From: Paraspadella gotoi
Lineage: Eukaryota; Animalia; Chaetognatha
Reading direction: 5' to 3'
NCBI GenBank assembly: GCA_051294375.1
Contig: CM119270.1
Coordinates: forward strand, 19,479,741 to 19,543,740
Length of the DNA stretch: 64,000 bases
Shown in pieces: positions 1 to 13,092 of the stretch. The position numbers were made by a program, and so were the translations under genes. Each line of letters starts with the position of its first letter. Position 1 is the stretch's first letter. Under the pieces are notes generated by a model. That model did not search any database. It saw only the letters and a program-made list of their open reading frames with translations, and had not been told where the DNA came from.

Positions 1-54
1 AGAGAAAGAATGCGTCGGTGGGAAACAGTGGCAAAGCGTGATGGAGAGATGATG

Positions 55-545
55 AGTTTAAAAGCTAATTTTTGAAAAGTAGAAAGAAAGAAAAGAAATC
101 AGAAAGAGAGGAAGGGAAAAGGGGAGAGGAAGAGAATGAAAAGGAAAGGAAAGGGGAAATGAGAGAGTAAGAAAGGAGATAACTGTTGTGTAAGGTTGAA
201 GGAGAGGAAGGGAGGGGGAGAGAGAGATTAAAGGAGAGGAAAAGGGAAGGGAATAAGGAAAGGGAAAGGAAAGAGTAATGGACGAGAGAAAGAGAGAATA
301 AGGGAAGAGAAAGGGATGGGAAAAGAGATAATAAGGTAAGGGAAAGGAGAGAGAAAGGGAGGGGAAAAGAGAGAGTAAGGGAAGTTGAAGGAGAGAGTAA
401 GGGAGGAGAAAAGAGAGAATAAGGGAAGGGAAAGGAGAAAGAAAGGAAGGGGAAAAGAGAGAGTAAGGTTGGGGAAAGGAGAAAGTAAGAAAGGAGATAA
501 CTGTTGTCGAGCTAAAAGTTTTGAGTAAAATTGAAGGAATGTGAA
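55..545. repeat. Purine-rich degenerate tandem repeats (GGAAA/GAGAGTAAGG units)
   Basis: Recurrent 'gagagtaagggaag' and 'agaaaggagataactgttgt' units; the overlapping ORFs are S/L/F/P low-complexity. Confidence 0.7.
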
Positions 546-599
546 AACAAAGTGGAACGAGTGGTGATTGAAAATTGGGATTTGAATTCGAGCATACAT

Positions 600-815
600 G
601 AAAGATTTTCATTAAGATTATGGTTGTGATTAAGATTAAGATTAAGACTATCATTAAGATTACGGTTGAGATTAAGATTAAGATGAAGATTGAGATGAAG
701 ATTATCATTAAGATTATGGTTGAGATTATTCTTAAGGTTAAGATTAAGGTTAAGATTAAGGTTAATATTAAGGTTAAGATTAAGGATAAGATTAAGATTA
801 GGATTAAGATCAGAA
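600..815. repeat. (AAGATT)n hexamer microsatellite
   Basis: Direct reading: taagattaagattaaggttaagatt... Confidence 0.9.
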
Positions 816-2489
816 GAAAAAAAATTAAGACTGAAAAAAAAAGTTGTTTTGCGTCGTGGAAGGTAATCGAAGTTCGTGAGAAGGAAGAGGGAAAATGCGG
901 AAATCCTAAGGGAAGAAAAACGTGACGGAATCAGAAGGTTGTTGTCGTCGTTGTCGTTGTCATCTTCCTCCTTGTTGTCATTGTCTCCGCCATCGACTTC
1001 GCCCTCTTCATCGTCTTCGTCGTCCTTGTCGTCGTCGTTGTCATTGTAGTACTTTTCGTCGTCGTTGTTGTCTTCGTCGTTGTTGTCTTTGTCATCGACT
1101 TCGCGATCTGAACCGCCATCGTCGTCGTTGTTCTATTTTTTTTGAGGTTTCGTCGACGCCATGTTTGAATAAGGCGAACTGTGAACTGTGAGAATTAATG
1201 AGAATGTTTGAATAAGGCGAACCGTGAGAATGAAGGAAGATGATAAGGAATGAAGAAGAATATAGGAAAGGAAAATATTCGAGAAGAAGTGGAGGAAAGG
1301 AGGAAAAAAAGAAAGAAGGAAAGGGAAATTAGAAAGGATGAAGGTGGAAAAATATGAAGAAGTGGAGGAAAGGAGGAAAGAAAGAAAGAAGGAAAGGGAA
1401 ATTAAGATGAAGTGGAAAAGAGGAAAAAGTGGAGAAAAGGAGGAAAAAAGACAGAAGGAAAGGGAAATTAGAAAGGATGAAGGTGGAAAAAGAGAAAGAA
1501 GTGGAAAGATGGTGAGAGTGAGGTGAGGAAAAGAAGGTCGATTGTGAATCGCAACCAATGGAAGTTGACGTCTTACGAATTCTCTGGGGAAGAAACAAAA
1601 GGACTGGAGGAAAAGAGAGGGAGAAAGGGAGGAGGAGAGAGGAAAGAGGCAAAAGAAGGAGGAAGAGAATAGAGAAAAAAGAGAAGGGGAGGTGGGAAGA
1701 AAAAAAGAGAGGAAGGAGAAGAAGATAAAGAAGGTAGGGATAAGAATGAGAAAAGAAAGGGAGGAAGAGGAAGGAGGAAAAGAAGAGATGAAGAATGAAA
1801 AGGAAGGGGAGGATAAAAAAGAACACATAGAGGGCGGGGATGTGGAAAGAAAACTGGGTAAGTTTGATGTGAGTTGAAGTGAGTTTGATGCAGACGAAAT
1901 GGCGACCGAGACGCCGACGCAAGGTGACGCGAACGGTGGCGCTGGCGTCGTAAAACCTGAGACAAACGTTAGGGAAAAACAAAAGACGAAGAGGAGAAAT
2001 GAACAGAAGGAAATTAGAGATGAGAACGAAAGAAGTAGGAAGAGAAATAAAAACGGAATTGAGTTGTTGAAGAGACGAGATATAAATTAGTTAATCCAAT
2101 TTAAATTAGTATTAAGTTATTCTTATGTCATTTTTTGTCAGTTTTTACTTTCTAAAAATAAAATTATATGATAATGTAAAAACAGAGTTATTCTTAACAA
2201 ACAAGTAATTTATTTATTACCAAATGAATTTAATGGTGAAAATTATATGAAAAACTACATCAGTTTTCCTTTTGTTTTGACGGAATTTCTTGATTTCGGA
2301 AAAAAATTAAAACAAAAATATTATCTTGGCGACGCAAAGAAAAAAGAAAAGTTCCCTCGGAGACGAAAATGAAGAAAAATAAAAAGACAAAAATAAAATT
2401 AAAAAATAAAATATTATATTATTTTTTTCTGGTGAGAGTTTGTATTAGTTCTCTAGGGACTGAGAGGAAGGAAGTAGAAAATTTGACAA

Positions 2490-2772
2490 GGAGGAAAGGG
2501 CACGTTGGGAAAAAAAGAAAGAAAGAAAGACAAGAAAAGGCTGAAAGAAAGAAAGAAAGAAGAATGAAAGAAAAAGAAAGAAAGAAGACAAGACTGAGAG
2601 AGAAAAGAAATGAGGATAAAGAAAGAAAGAAAGAAAGAAAGAAGAAAGAAAGAAAGAAAAGAAAGAAACAAAAGAGAAGAAGAAAGTAAAAGAAAGGAAA
2701 GAAGAAAGAAAGAAAGAAAGAAAGAAAGAGAAAGAAAGAAAGAAAAGAAAGAAAGAAAGAAAGAAAGAAAAA
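2490..2772. repeat. (GAAA)n-type microsatellite
   Basis: Imperfect GAAA tandem tract. Confidence 0.85.
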
Positions 2773-3632
2773 AACAATCTGTCATCGAAAATCCAAAATG
2801 GAGAAAATTCGACAATTTATTAAGATTAAATTTCATTAAATGTCGCAGCAACAAACAGTGAATGAATTTTGTGAACGTGAAAATTGTGATCACAGAGCAA
2901 AAATAAAGTAGAGATGAAATGAGAAAACATTTTGTTTCTTATCCGTTTGATTTAATGAACGNNNNNNNNNNCTTGGCGATTTTGTTTTGTTTGCGAGTAT
3001 TTTTTTCCGCAACTCGTATTTTCTCACTTGACGAATGAAAAATATTTATTGAGATTTTTGTCTTCACCCAAACCGTATTTTACTTAATATTATTTTGGGG
3101 TGTTGAAGGGGACCCGGGGTTTGGTTGTGGAGGGCACGCGGTAGTTAATATAGAATGATATAAATTGTCGTCCCACCGACTTCAAAGAAACATTATCTTT
3201 ATCAATAGTTTGATAATGAACAACTTTCACAGATTATTCTTGTCCATTCAAGTCTGTTTCGTGATATCTCTCGATAAAAAGTTCACGATTATAATTTCAC
3301 TCAAAGAAATTTCCCGATTTTCTTTTTCGCTTTTTCTTCCATTCGAACCCAGAATTCCTTTTTTTTCCGCCTTCGGTTGATGCGCTAATTGCGTTTCCCA
3401 TCGCTGCATAGACCTTTTTTGCTCTCCATGCCCCGTTGCCCTGACCTTTGAGGGCTTTGCCCCCTTCTCCCGCTTTGCCCGCTTCGCCCGCTTCTCCCGC
3501 TTTGCTCGCTCTCAGTCTTCGCTTTTCTGCTAATTATGTTTTCCTGTTCTTTCTCTTTTTTTGCTTTTTTTTTGACTACGATCCGAAAGGCTGTTCAATA
3601 ACCTAATTTGTGATTCATTCCTTTCAAACTTA

Positions 3633-3680
3633 AGTATATGTTGTTGTATATGTTGTTGTATATGTTGTTGTATATGTTGT
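3633..3680. repeat. 12-bp tandem repeat (GTATATGTTGTT) x4
   Basis: Direct reading. Confidence 0.9.
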
Positions 3681-3833
3681 TTCTAAATTAAATTTGTTCC
3701 TAACCGCAAGCTTAATTTTTCTAATTATACATCTTCCCTTTGACTTTTGCGCGCTATCTCTCTTTCTCTCNNNNNNNNNNNNNNNNNNNNNNNNNTCTCT
3801 TTCTCTCCCTTTTCTCTCTCTCTTTCTTCTCTC

Positions 3834-3866
<33 letters not shown>

Positions 3867-4178
3867 TCTCTCTCTCTTCTCCTCTCTCTCTTCTCTTTCC
3901 CTCTCTCTCTCTCTCCATTCCACTTCAACCCCAATCTACCCCAATTTAGTAACACTTCTACTTTCACTTTTCCATCACTTCCTCATTCCCTTTCCATTGT
4001 CCAATTCCCTCCCTCCCTCTCTCTCTCTTCCTCTTCCCAAACCATATTTCTTTTTCCTTTCCTCTCACTCTCCCTCCTTCCTCCTCCACTCCTCCTCCTC
4101 TCCTCTTTCCAGTCGGCGTCGGTTCAAGGTCACGTTTCGGCTCTTCTCTTCTTCTTCTCACTGTTTGACCTTCGTCGT

Positions 4179-4240
<62 letters not shown>

Positions 4241-5758
4241 GACAAACGAACATCCACTATAATCACTCTCCCCTTCCCCCACTTTCCCTTCCTCCTCCTC
4301 CCTCTTCCTCCTCCTCTTCCTCCCTTCACAAACCCATTTCCCTCGGCCTTCTCTCTTTTTCATTCTTCCTCTTCCTCCTCCCCCTCCTCCTCCTTCATGT
4401 CCAACGCTTGAACGCGGTTGGCATCGACTTGACCATCTGCAAAAGAAGGCAATAAGTCTTTGCAAATTGTCTTCGGGATTGTCGTAACGTTCGCGGTTTT
4501 AAGGCCGACGTCTTGCTCGTTTTCTTCGTCTGTTTCGTCTAGTCGTCGTCGTCGCGCAGTTCTTGTGGTTTCAGTCTTATTCTTCATGAGCGTCTTTTAC
4601 TTCAATAATCTTGTTCTATAAACAAACACATAAAAAAAATATCTAAGGAAAATCTATGTTTAGCTGGTTAATATGTTTTCGTATCATTTCATCGTCGTCT
4701 TCATCGTCGTTGTCTTCTCCTTCTTGTGGTTTCAGTCTTATTCTTCACGATCGTCTCTTACTTCAATGTTCTTGTTCTATAAACAAAAACCTATGTAAGG
4801 AAAATCTGCGTTTAGCTTGTTATACGTTTCTTCATGATCATTATCGTTCGTCGTTCCTATGAAGATAGATATGAGACGATCTTCATCCTAATGGTCTCTT
4901 TGATGTCTTGCGTTGCGTCACATATTCAAGAGGCGCATCGTTGTTATTGACATATTATGCTCTTGTTGTCGTTGTTGTTGTCGTGGCGAACGCGGTCAGG
5001 TTCCCGGGTGTTGCGTTTACGACTGCGACACGACGACGATGAAGACGACGAAGACGATGCCGACGACGACACGATGAAGACGACAATAGTCTTTCCAAAC
5101 AGACCATCTCCTTCGAGAAAGGAAATTACTTTTGGGGCCGAAAAAGAGAGAGAGGAGGAGAAAGAAGAGAGAGAGAGAGAGAAGAGAGAGAGGAGAGAGG
5201 AGAGACGAGAGAGAGAGAGGAGAAGAGAGAAGGAAGTGGGAATAAGAGAGTTAGGAAAAGATAAATAAAGAGAAATAAATAAGAGAGTAAGTGAAAAGAA
5301 AGTTGGGGAGAAAATTCGTGAGAGGAGAAATTACAAAAGACAAAAAAAGAAGGTAAAATAAAATTGAAGAAAGAGAAGCTAATGACTGAGAAGAATATAA
5401 AAGGAAAAAAGAGAAGCTAATGACAGAGACCGATAAAAGAAAGCAAAGAGAAGAACTTCAAGGGAAATGTGAAGAGAAGAAAATTGAAAGCGATCGATTT
5501 TCTCATTAAAAATCCATAATAATCAAAATTATTAATCCTTAACTGAGGAAGAAGACGTTGAAATCTCCGATTGGGAGAGTTCGCGTGCACATCGCACGCG
5601 GACGTTAAGGTTTCACCCGTTGCATTAGTGCAGAACTCACGCCGCGAATTGCGTGTTAACTGAGTTTGTCGTTCGATACTCTTTTGTTGATAAATCGAGG
5701 GAAGTTGAATCTCGAGTTTAGCCTAGATTTTAGTCTCTCTCTCTCTGTCCTCTGTCTC

Positions 5759-5823
<65 letters not shown>

Positions 5824-6422
5824 AAAATTAGAACACTTTGCGAAGCGAATTTTGACCTGAAAGCTTTAACTTATTCGATGTCGCATGACAATGTGATACT
5901 ATTGACAAATGGCCATATTGAAACTTTACAAGAATTTTTTAGTCTCACAGTCTGTAAATGAACTAAAAAAGACACAAAGGAAAATATGAAACAATTGCAA
6001 TTAACCATTTATATTTCCCTTCTCTCATTTACATCTTGTCGTATGCCATCTAATCGATATTTCATGTCCAAACTAATTGGTCCAAAGGCTTGATAAGTAT
6101 CAAAGTCAACCAAAATTTTTGGGAGGGGCAGCAAGCTCTTAGATAAAATAAGAAGACTTTTTAACGTTTTTTAAAAAAAAAATTACTTTAACACATAATT
6201 ATAAATTTAAAATAAAAAGTATGCTTCTCTTGATATTGACATTTTACGTTTTTTACTTTTTCCGGTTTTATGATTTTTACATTAGCTCTTTGAACGTTCT
6301 TGAATGTTATTTTTTATAGTTTCTTATAAAAAAAAAATATATAACATTTGAATTTTGAACGTTCTTGAACGTTGTATGTTATAGTTTCATATGAATTTTA
6401 AAATATAAAAAAAAAAACAACT

Positions 6423-6600
6423 GGAAACCTGTGTTTCTGCGATGTTCTCCTTAGTTCCTTACCTAGCTTTCCCCCTGATCCTTGAAGGGATGAATAGCTG
6501 GGTAACAAGACCACCTCGGCTCTCGCCCGAAAAGTGAATGTAGAAAATCCCTCCAGAGATGCCGCGTTATTCTCTGCGCGTTTGATCCCATTAAATTTTT
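6423..6600 (+). ncRNA. Unidentified structured ncRNA, paralog A (copy 1); promoter displaced by an AT-rich insertion
   Basis: Shares 5' GGAAACCTG, TTCCTTACCT, CCAGAGATGCCGCG and a terminal T-run with the other paralogs; PSE-like motif at ~6106 and TATA-like motif at ~6140. Confidence 0.55.
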
Positions 6601-7481
6601 AATTTCTCGACACTATTTTTACCAAAAAAAAAACAACCTTTATACTCAATTACATCGTGTCGTATGCCAACTAATCAATAATTTTTTGCATATTACTCTT
6701 GTATTTTAGTATACTCATTGAGCAACTCTATAAGTCACTTTTACGGTGTCACTATGTCTGTCCGTCGATCAGATTACTTTATAAATGCTCAAAATCGCCT
6801 ATGTGGTTGCTCATTTTTAAGAAAGGAAAAACCTCAAATCTAAGTGGACTGTTACAGCCGCTTCGGGAAATCCTAAAACTTTTAAGAATTAAAGATGGAA
6901 TTTCGATGCAGTTCGTGTCACAATACACAGGCTATGAAAGTGCACATTGATGGACCGATCTGTTTGTCATACATAAATGAGACATAGTTCATATGAATCA
7001 CAAAAGGTCAATTTTTTTAATATCTAAATTTTATTATATATTCTTTTAATAGGAGAATAGCAACAACACTTACAACAAAAAAGAAAGCTATATTATTATT
7101 ACAATGTTTTATATTCTTATATTAAAGTTCCAAAAAATAGCTGAAAGTTGCAGCGATAATTTTTTTTCCATCATGCATGGTGAATGAAGAGAAAAAGACC
7201 CACACAATATCCGCATTAAGAGTCTGTTAATATCATTTGCATATTGTCAAAATTCCTGTCATCCATATATTTTTTTAATGAAAATTTAGTCTCTCGTTAT
7301 AATATAAACAAAACAATTAATGCGAGATAACTGATTCATAAACGAACTAACATTCTCAAAACTTGATCTATTCGCATCCAAACTAATTGGTCCAAGGCTC
7401 TATTATATACTTAAGTCAACCAAAATTCTGGTGGTGCAGAAAACTATCTAGATAAAAGAACAAAGCTTACCTTCTTAATCC

Positions 7482-7734
7482 GGAAACCTGTGTCTCTGTG
7501 ACTGTACCACTTTCCTTCCTATTTGTTACTGATCCTTGTAGGCATGTAATAGCTGTGATTGAGACCTTTTTCAGCTTTATCCTAAGAGGTGAAGTGTAAC
7601 TAACTTACTAACACCAGATCCTCAAAGAGATGATAGTCAGGTAGAAAGATCGGCTGGCTCTCACTCTAAGAGGTGAAGGTAAGGAAAACCCCTCCAGAGA
7701 TGCCGCGTCAGCGCTGCGCGTTTGTTTCCATTTT
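7482..7734 (+). ncRNA. Unidentified structured ncRNA, paralog B (copy 1)
   Basis: Octamer ATTTGCAT at 7235, TCAACCAAAATT and TAGATAAAA upstream; GGAAAC...GTTTCC closing helix followed by TTTT. Confidence 0.6.
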
Positions 7735-8171
7735 ACCATTTGATATTCAGACATATTTTTTTTCTAATAAGAAAAACAAACATATGACATGGCTATTAAA
7801 AGTCTGTATTAAATTTTTAAATGAACAACGAAAGTGAATTTATAAAATGTGGTTGATTATAATTATCATTATAATAAATAATAATAACAGAAAAAATACT
7901 ATCACTTGTCAGCATTAGGATTTTTTAACATCATTTGCATATTTGTTGTATGTCATCTCATCCATATGATCTTTAAAATATTTAATCTAATCATAAATTA
8001 TAATTCAATGCCGTCTGGCTGACTTATCAACAAACAAACATTGTTAAAAACACTATCCTTTACATCCAAAATAATTGATCCAAGGCCGCTAGTGCTTATC
8101 CAAGTCAACCAAGATTCTGGTGGCAGAAAACTATCTAGATAAAAAAGAAAGCTTTTTACCTTCCACAATAT

Positions 8172-8344
8172 AGAAAACCTGCATCTCTGTGAATCTACCA
8201 CTTTCCTTACCTCGCTGTCACCAGAACCTCAAAGCAGATGAATAGTCGAGAAGAAAGACTACTCGGCTCTCACTTAAGAGGGGATGGTAAGGAATAGCTC
8301 TCCAAGGATGCCGCGAAAAGCGCCGCGCCGATTGTTTCACTTTT
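8172..8344 (+). ncRNA. Unidentified structured ncRNA, paralog C (copy 1)
   Basis: Octamer at 7933; same promoter blocks and same helices as the other paralogs; terminal TTTT. Confidence 0.6.
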
Positions 8345-8685
8345 ATATATTCGGAAATTATTTTGTTTTCATTTTATATATACTCGGATATCTATTTTTT
8401 TTTTTAAACAAAATGAACACCGCTTTAAGATTTCTTTAATATCATTTTGCATATTGTTGATGTCGTGTCATCCATAGATTCTTTTTGAAAAAATATTAAT
8501 CTATCAATAAAATAAATAAAAACAATGTATTCAATGTCGGGCTATCAATAAACTAATAGTCAACAAGATCCCTTCTCCGTTCGAACTTATGAGTCAATGG
8601 CTCTTTACCTCATTTAAGTTCAACCAAATTTATGCGCGCCAAAATCTCCCTATATTTAAGAAGAAAGCTTCGCCCTCTTTAAATC

Positions 8686-8880
8686 GGGGAACCCTATCTC
8701 TGTGACTCACCCGACCCTTACCCAACTGATATCCCGTACTCGAACGAGACGAGTGAGCTGGATTTCTGCGTCGCGTCTCTTTCGAGCTAAGGCCCGGTCG
8801 ACGAGGACTCTGGGACACCTCCGATGGTACCGTCCCAGAGATGTCGCGATAAGCGCTCCGTGATCGTTCTCTTAAATTTT
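8686..8880 (+). ncRNA. Unidentified structured ncRNA, paralog D (copy 1)
   Basis: TATATTTAA upstream; GGGAAC/GTTCTC and ATCTCTG/CAGAGAT helices; terminal TTTT. Confidence 0.6.
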
Positions 8881-9631
8881 ACAATTGTATCCTTTAATGA
8901 TACATTTATAATAAACTAATTTAATTTGATTTAATTAAATTTCTTGCGCTGAAAAGCGAATAGGCAAGTTATATATATCCGGTTTTTTCTAATTAATTCG
9001 ACAACAATTTACCGATAAACACAGTTTTTTTTTTTTTTCGAAAACAGAAGAAAGCGCCATTACTTTGTCTTCGTTTGTTTGTTTACAATCGTTTTATATT
9101 AAAAGTGTTTTTTTGCAGTAAAGAAAAAAAACTTACTGGGCGACTCGCGTTCGTCTGAACCGAGCTAACCAAAAAAAAAAAGCAAGAAAAGCGAAAAAAA
9201 GCAAAAGCTAAAAAATATATATTGGTTTTTTTGCCTAATTTTTCTCTTTTTGCATTTATCTTGCTTTTCGTTTCTTATCTTTTTATTTACCTTCTGTTTC
9301 TATTTTTCACTTTTACTTACAGTCTACTTATTATTTTATTATTATTCTTCTTTTTTTCTCTTATCTTCTCTTTCTTTTCAATTTAGTAACACTTCTACTT
9401 TCACTTTTCCATCACTTCCTCATTCCCTTTTCCATTTGTCCAATTCCCTCCCTCTCTCCCTCTCTCTCTTCCTCTTCCCAAACCATATTTCTTTTTCCTT
9501 TCCTCTCACTCTCCCTCCCTTTCCTCCCTCACTTCCTCCTCCTCTTCCTCCTCCCTCTTCGCGTCACGGCTCAGTCGGTTCAAGGGTCACGTTTCGGCCT
9601 TTTCTCTTCTTCTTCTCACTGTTTGACCTTC

Positions 9632-9685
<54 letters not shown>

Positions 9686-10641
9686 CTCCTCTCTTCTTCT
9701 CTCTCACCAGACAAACGAAACATCCACTAAATCACTCTCCCCCTTCCCCACATCTTCCCCTTGCCTCCTCCTCCTCTCTCTTCCTCCTCCTCTTCCTCCC
9801 TTCACAAATCCTCCTATTTCCCTCGGCTTCTCTCTTTTTTCATTCTTCCTCTTCCTCCTCCTCCTCCTCCTCCTTCATGGTCCAACGGCCTTGAACGCGG
9901 TTGGCATCGACTTGACCATCTGCAAAAGAGAGCAATAAGTCTTTGCAAATTGTCTTCGGGATTGTCGTGTAACGTTCGCGGTTTTAGGCCGACGGTCTTG
10001 CTCGTTTTCTTCGTCGTTGTCGTCGTAGTCGTCGTCGTCGCAGTTCTTGTGGTTTCAGTCTTATTCTTCATGAGCGTCTTTTACTTCAATAATCTTGTTC
10101 TATAAACAAACACATAAAAAACAAAATATCTAAGGAAAATCTATGTTTAGCTGGTTAATATGTTTTCTCATGATCATTATCATCGTCATCGTCATCGTCG
10201 TTGTCTTCTCCTTCTTGTGGTTTCAGTCTTATTCTTCACGATCGTCTCTTACTTCAATGTTCTTGTTCTATAAACAAAAACATATGTAAGGAAAATCTGC
10301 GTTTAGCTGGTTAATACGTTTCTTCATGATCATTATCGTCGTCGTTCCTATGAAAGATAGATATGAGACGGATCTTCATCCTAATGGTCTCTTTGATGTC
10401 TTGCGTTGCGTCACATAATTCAAGAGGCGCATCGTTGTTATTGACATATTATGGTCTTTGTTGTCGTTGTTGTTGTCGTGGGCGAACGCGGTCAGGTTCC
10501 CGGGTGTTGGCGTTTACGACTGCGACGACGACGACGATGAAGACGACGAAGACGATGCCGACGACGACGACGATGAAGACGACAATATGTCTTTCCAAAC
10601 AGACGCATCTCCTTCGAGAAAGGAAATTACTTTTGGGGCCG

Positions 10642-10766
<125 letters not shown>

Positions 10767-11298
10767 GGATAAAAGAGAGTTAGGAAAAGATAAATAAAGA
10801 GAAATAAAGATAAGAGAGTAAGTGAAAAGAAAAGTTGGGGAGAAAATTCGTGAGAGGAGAAATTACAAAAGACAAAAAAAGAAGGTAAAATAAAATTGAA
10901 GAAAGAGAAGCTAATGACTGAGAAGAATATAAAAGGGAAAAAAGAGAAGCTAATGACAGAGACCGATAAAAGAAAGCAAAGAGAAGAACTTCAAAGGGAA
11001 ATGTGAAGAGAAGAAAATTGAAAGCGATCGATTTTCTCATTAAAAATCCATAATAATCAAAATTATTAATCCTTAACTGAGGAAGAAGACGTTGAAAATC
11101 TCCGATTGGGAGTTCGCGTGCACATCGCACGCGGACGTTAAGGTTTCACCGCGTGCATTAGGTGCAACGAACTCACGCGCGCGAATTGCGTGTTAACTGA
11201 GTTTGTCGTTCGATACTCTTTTGTTTGATAAATCGAGGGAAGTTGGAATCTCGAGTTTAGCCTAGATTTTAGTCTCTCTCTCTCTGTCTCTCTGTCTC

Positions 11299-11397
<99 letters not shown>

Positions 11398-12010
11398 AAA
11401 ATTAGAACACTTTGCGAAGCGAATTTTGACCTGAAAAGCTCTTAACTTCTTCGGATGTCGCATGGACATGTGATACGGCTATTGACAAATGGCCATATTG
11501 AAACTTTACAAGAATATTTTTTAGTCTCACAGTCTGTAAATGAACTAAAAAAGACACAAAGGAAAATATGAAACAATTGCAAATTAACCATTTAATTTCC
11601 CTTCTCTCATTTACATCTTGTCGTATGCCATCTAATCGATATTTCATGTCCAAACTAATTGGTCCAAAGGCTTGATAAGTATCAAAGTCAACCAAAATTT
11701 TTGGGAGGGGCAGCAAGCTCTTAAGATAAAATAAGAAACGTTTTTAAACGTTTTTTAAAAAAAAAAATTACTTTAACACATAATTATAAATTTAAAATAA
11801 AAAGTATTGCTTCTCTTGATATTTGACATTTTACGTTTTTTACTTTTTCCGGTTTTATGATTTTTACATTAGCTCTTTGAACGTTCTTGAATGTTATTTT
11901 TTATAGTTTCTTATAAAAAAAAAATATATAACATTTGAATTTTGAACGTTCTTGAACGTTGTATGTTATAGTTTCATATGAATTTTAAAATATAAAAAAA
12001 AAAAACAACT

Positions 12011-12192
12011 GGAAACCTGTGTTTCTGCGATGTTACTCCTTAGTTCCTTACCTAGCTTTCCCCCTGATCCTTGAAGGGATGAATAGCTGGGTAACAAGAC
12101 CACCTCGGCTCTCGCCCGAAAAGGTGAATGTAAGGAAATCCCCTCCAGAGATGCCGCGTTATTCTCTGCGCGTTTGATCCCATTAAATTTTT
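12011..12192 (+). ncRNA. Unidentified structured ncRNA, paralog A (copy 2)
   Basis: As copy 1; PSE-like motif at 11688 and TATA-like motif at ~11722 are separated from the RNA body by ~255 bp of extra AT-rich sequence. Confidence 0.6.
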
Positions 12193-12840
12193 AATTTCTA
12201 CGACATTATTTTTACCAAAAAAAAAACAACCTTTATACTCAATTACATCGTGTCGTATGCCAACTAATCAATAATTTTTTGCATATTACTCTTGTATTTT
12301 TAGTAGTACTCATTGAGCAACTCTATAAGTCACTTTTAGGTCGGTCACTATGTCTGTCCGTCGATCAGATTACTTTATAAATGCTCAAAACTCGCCTATA
12401 GTTGGTTGCTCATTTGTTAAGAAAGGAAAAACCTCAAATCTAAGTGACTGTTACAGCCGCCTTCGGGAAATCCTAAAACTTTTAAGAATTAAAGATGGAA
12501 TTTCGATGCAGTTCGTGTCACAAATACACAGGCTATGAAAGGTGCACATTGGATGGACCGATCTGTTTGTCATACATAAATGAGACATAGTTCATATGAA
12601 TCACAAAAGGTCAATTTTTTTAATATCTAAATTTTATTTATATATTCTTTTAATAGGAGAATAGCAACAACACTAACAACAAAAAAGAAAGCCTAATTAG
12701 TAATTACAATGTTTTATATTCTTATATTAAAGTTCCAAAAAATAGCTGAAAGTTGCAGCGATAATTTTTTTTCCATCATGCATGGTGAATGAAGAGAAAA
12801 AAGACCCACACAATATCCGCATTAAGAGTTCTGTAATATC

Positions 12841-13092
12841 ATTTGCATATTGTCAAAATTCCTGTCATCCATATATTTTTAATGAAAAATTTAGTCTCTC
12901 GTTAAAATATATAAACAAATGCAATTAATGCGAGATAACTGATTCATAAACGAACTAACATTCTCAAAACTTGATCTATTCGCATCCAAACTAATTGGTC
13001 CAAGGCCTCTATTATATACTTAAGTCAACCAAAATTCTGGGGGTGGCAGAAAACTATCTAGATAAAAGAACAAAGCTTACCCTTCTATATCC
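12841..13092 (+). promoter_or_regulatory. U6/7SK-type (Pol III type-3) promoter of paralog B
   Basis: ATTTGCAT at 12841 (-252), conserved CATCCAAACTAATTGGTCCAAGG block, PSE-like TCAACCAAAATT at 13025 (-68), TAGATAAAA at 13059 (-34), inferred start G at 13093. Confidence 0.7.

Noticed and set aside
58-5270. Many long ORFs rich in S/L/F/P, R/E/K or poly-T/poly-D
   Set aside because: They are translations of purine/pyrimidine tracts and (GAC)n or (AAGATT)n microsatellites, with no recognisable domain.
12060-12130. Hammerhead or twister ribozyme in the array RNAs (cugaucc..., gguaacaagacc)
   Set aside because: The CUGANGA/GAAA core and the twister pseudoknot motifs are incomplete and not conserved across paralogs.
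12510-12560. U6atac or RNase MRP similarity (gttcgtg; tatgaaagg...gcac...ggatgga)
   Set aside because: Only short words match, the essential AAGGAGAGA and CR-I motifs are missing, and the duplicate copy differs.
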